From Escherichia coli (GTDB lineage Bacteria; Pseudomonadota; Gammaproteobacteria; Enterobacterales; Enterobacteriaceae): a stretch of DNA of 616 bases. A model generated the notes under the pieces. That model made no database searches and had not been told where the DNA came from. It saw nothing but the letters and a program-made list of their open reading frames with translations. Shown piece after piece: positions 1-616 of the stretch. The first letter of the stretch is position 1; every line of letters starts with the position of its first letter. The DNA lies in the NCBI RefSeq assembly GCF_003334255.1, contig NZ_QOWU01000210.1; one strand, 5' to 3'. The position numbers were made by a program, and so were the translations under genes.

Positions 1-616
1 CCTGAATCAGACGGCCCAATTCATCATATTCCCGGCGCAATTCCAGCCCGTCAGGCCCGGTGGCTGACGTTAACTGGTTGTGGTGGTTATAGTAAAACGC
101 CGATGCCCTGCCATCCGGCGTGGTTATGCGCGTGATGAGGCCCGTCACCACATCCGGGCTGTACTCTGTTGTCCTGCCTGCGGCATCCGTCTGTGCCCTG
201 AGCCTGCCCACGGCGTCAAACTGACTCTGCGTGACGCTGCCGTCCGCGTGTTCCTTTTTCACCACCCGCTTCAGCCCGGCTTCGCCCTGCGTGTGCAGCA
301 CTTCACGGCGGTCCAGGCTGTCGGTGATGGTGATGCGGTCTTTCTCATACTGATACGTGTAGCTTAAGCCTGCCGGGTTTAGCTGTTCTGTCACCCGCCC
401 GTCGCTGTCGTAACGGTAACGGATTTCCGGCCGGCCCGTGTGACGGTGCGCCACCATCCGGCCCCGGTATTTATCATCGTAAGTAAAGCTGCGCACCTGT
501 TTGCCACTACGGTCATACACCACCGCCAGTTCGCCGCGTGGCGTCCAGCCATAGCGCACCAGCGGCGCGGCAGGTAAATTCTCCGGGTATTCCGGGTCGT
601 GCGTCAGCCACACGGC
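1..616 (-). CDS. rhsD: Rhs-family core protein (YD-repeat polymorphic toxin scaffold), internal fragment, partial at both ends; RhsD/E-like rather than RhsA/B/C-like by recollection only
   Basis: Reverse-complement translation (first full codon at 616..614, last at 4..2) gives 205 codons with no stop: AVWLTHDPEYPENLPAAPLVRYGWTPRGELAVVYDRSGKQVRSFTYDDKYRGRMVAHRHTGRPEIRYRYDSDGRVTEQLNPAGLSYTYQYEKDRITITDSLDRREVLHTQGEAGLKRVVKKEHADGSVTQSQFDAVGRLRAQTDAAGRTTEYSPDVVTGLITRITTPDGRASAFYYNHHNQLTSATGPDGLELRREYDELGRLIQ. It contains at least eight YD-repeat-like units (e.g. VYDRSGKQV, RYRYDSDGRV, REYDELGRL), the hallmark of Rhs/YD-repeat proteins. The peptide matches my recollection of enterobacterial (E. coli-type) Rhs core sequence. 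The symbol rhsD is tentative: I cannot run an alignment, so the paralog could equally be another rhs copy. Family-level confidence is high, paralog-level confidence is low. Confidence 0.9.

Noticed and set aside
80-367. Supplied plus-strand ORF of 95 aa (MVVIVKRRCPAIRRGY...)
   Set aside because: It lies entirely antisense to the Rhs reading frame, which has strong motif support. The peptide is Arg/Cys/Ala/His-rich with no recognisable domain, as expected for chance open frames on the opposite strand of a GC-rich gene. No convincing ribosome-binding site is visible upstream.
427-434. 8-bp palindrome CCGGCCGG
   Set aside because: Too short and GC-trivial in a 61% GC coding region. It encodes part of HTGRPE on the minus strand, and there is no flanking stem-loop or operator-like context.
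556-563. Near-Chi sequence (reverse complement GCTGGTGC against Chi GCTGGTGG)
   Set aside because: One mismatch at a position essential for Chi; it is not a Chi site.
582-597. Short tandem duplication tccgggt...tccgggt
   Set aside because: It is simply the coding sequence for the P-E-Y-P-E stretch on the minus strand, and too short to be a meaningful DNA repeat.
1-616. Absence of GATC (Dam) sites
   Set aside because: About two sites would be expected by chance in 616 bp, so zero is not statistically notable.
1-616. Searched for tRNA/rRNA-like structure, CRISPR repeats, promoter -35/-10 pairs, rho-independent terminators and IS-element inverted repeats
   Set aside because: None found. The window is continuous internal coding sequence with no intergenic space.

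Overview
The entire 616-bp window is an internal fragment of one gene on the minus strand: the core of an Rhs-family (YD-repeat) polymorphic toxin protein. The reverse-complement frame with codons running from 616 down to 2 is open for all 205 codons and shows the recurring YD-repeat signature about every 20-25 residues. The window holds no start codon, stop codon, promoter, terminator, RNA gene, CRISPR array or mobile-element boundary. GC content is about 61% by hand count, matching the known GC-rich character of Rhs cores. The supplied plus-strand ORF (80..367) is antisense to this gene and is rejected as spurious. I see no evidence in this window for a previously undescribed system; the variable part of an Rhs locus (C-terminal toxin tip and immunity gene) would lie outside the window, beyond position 1.
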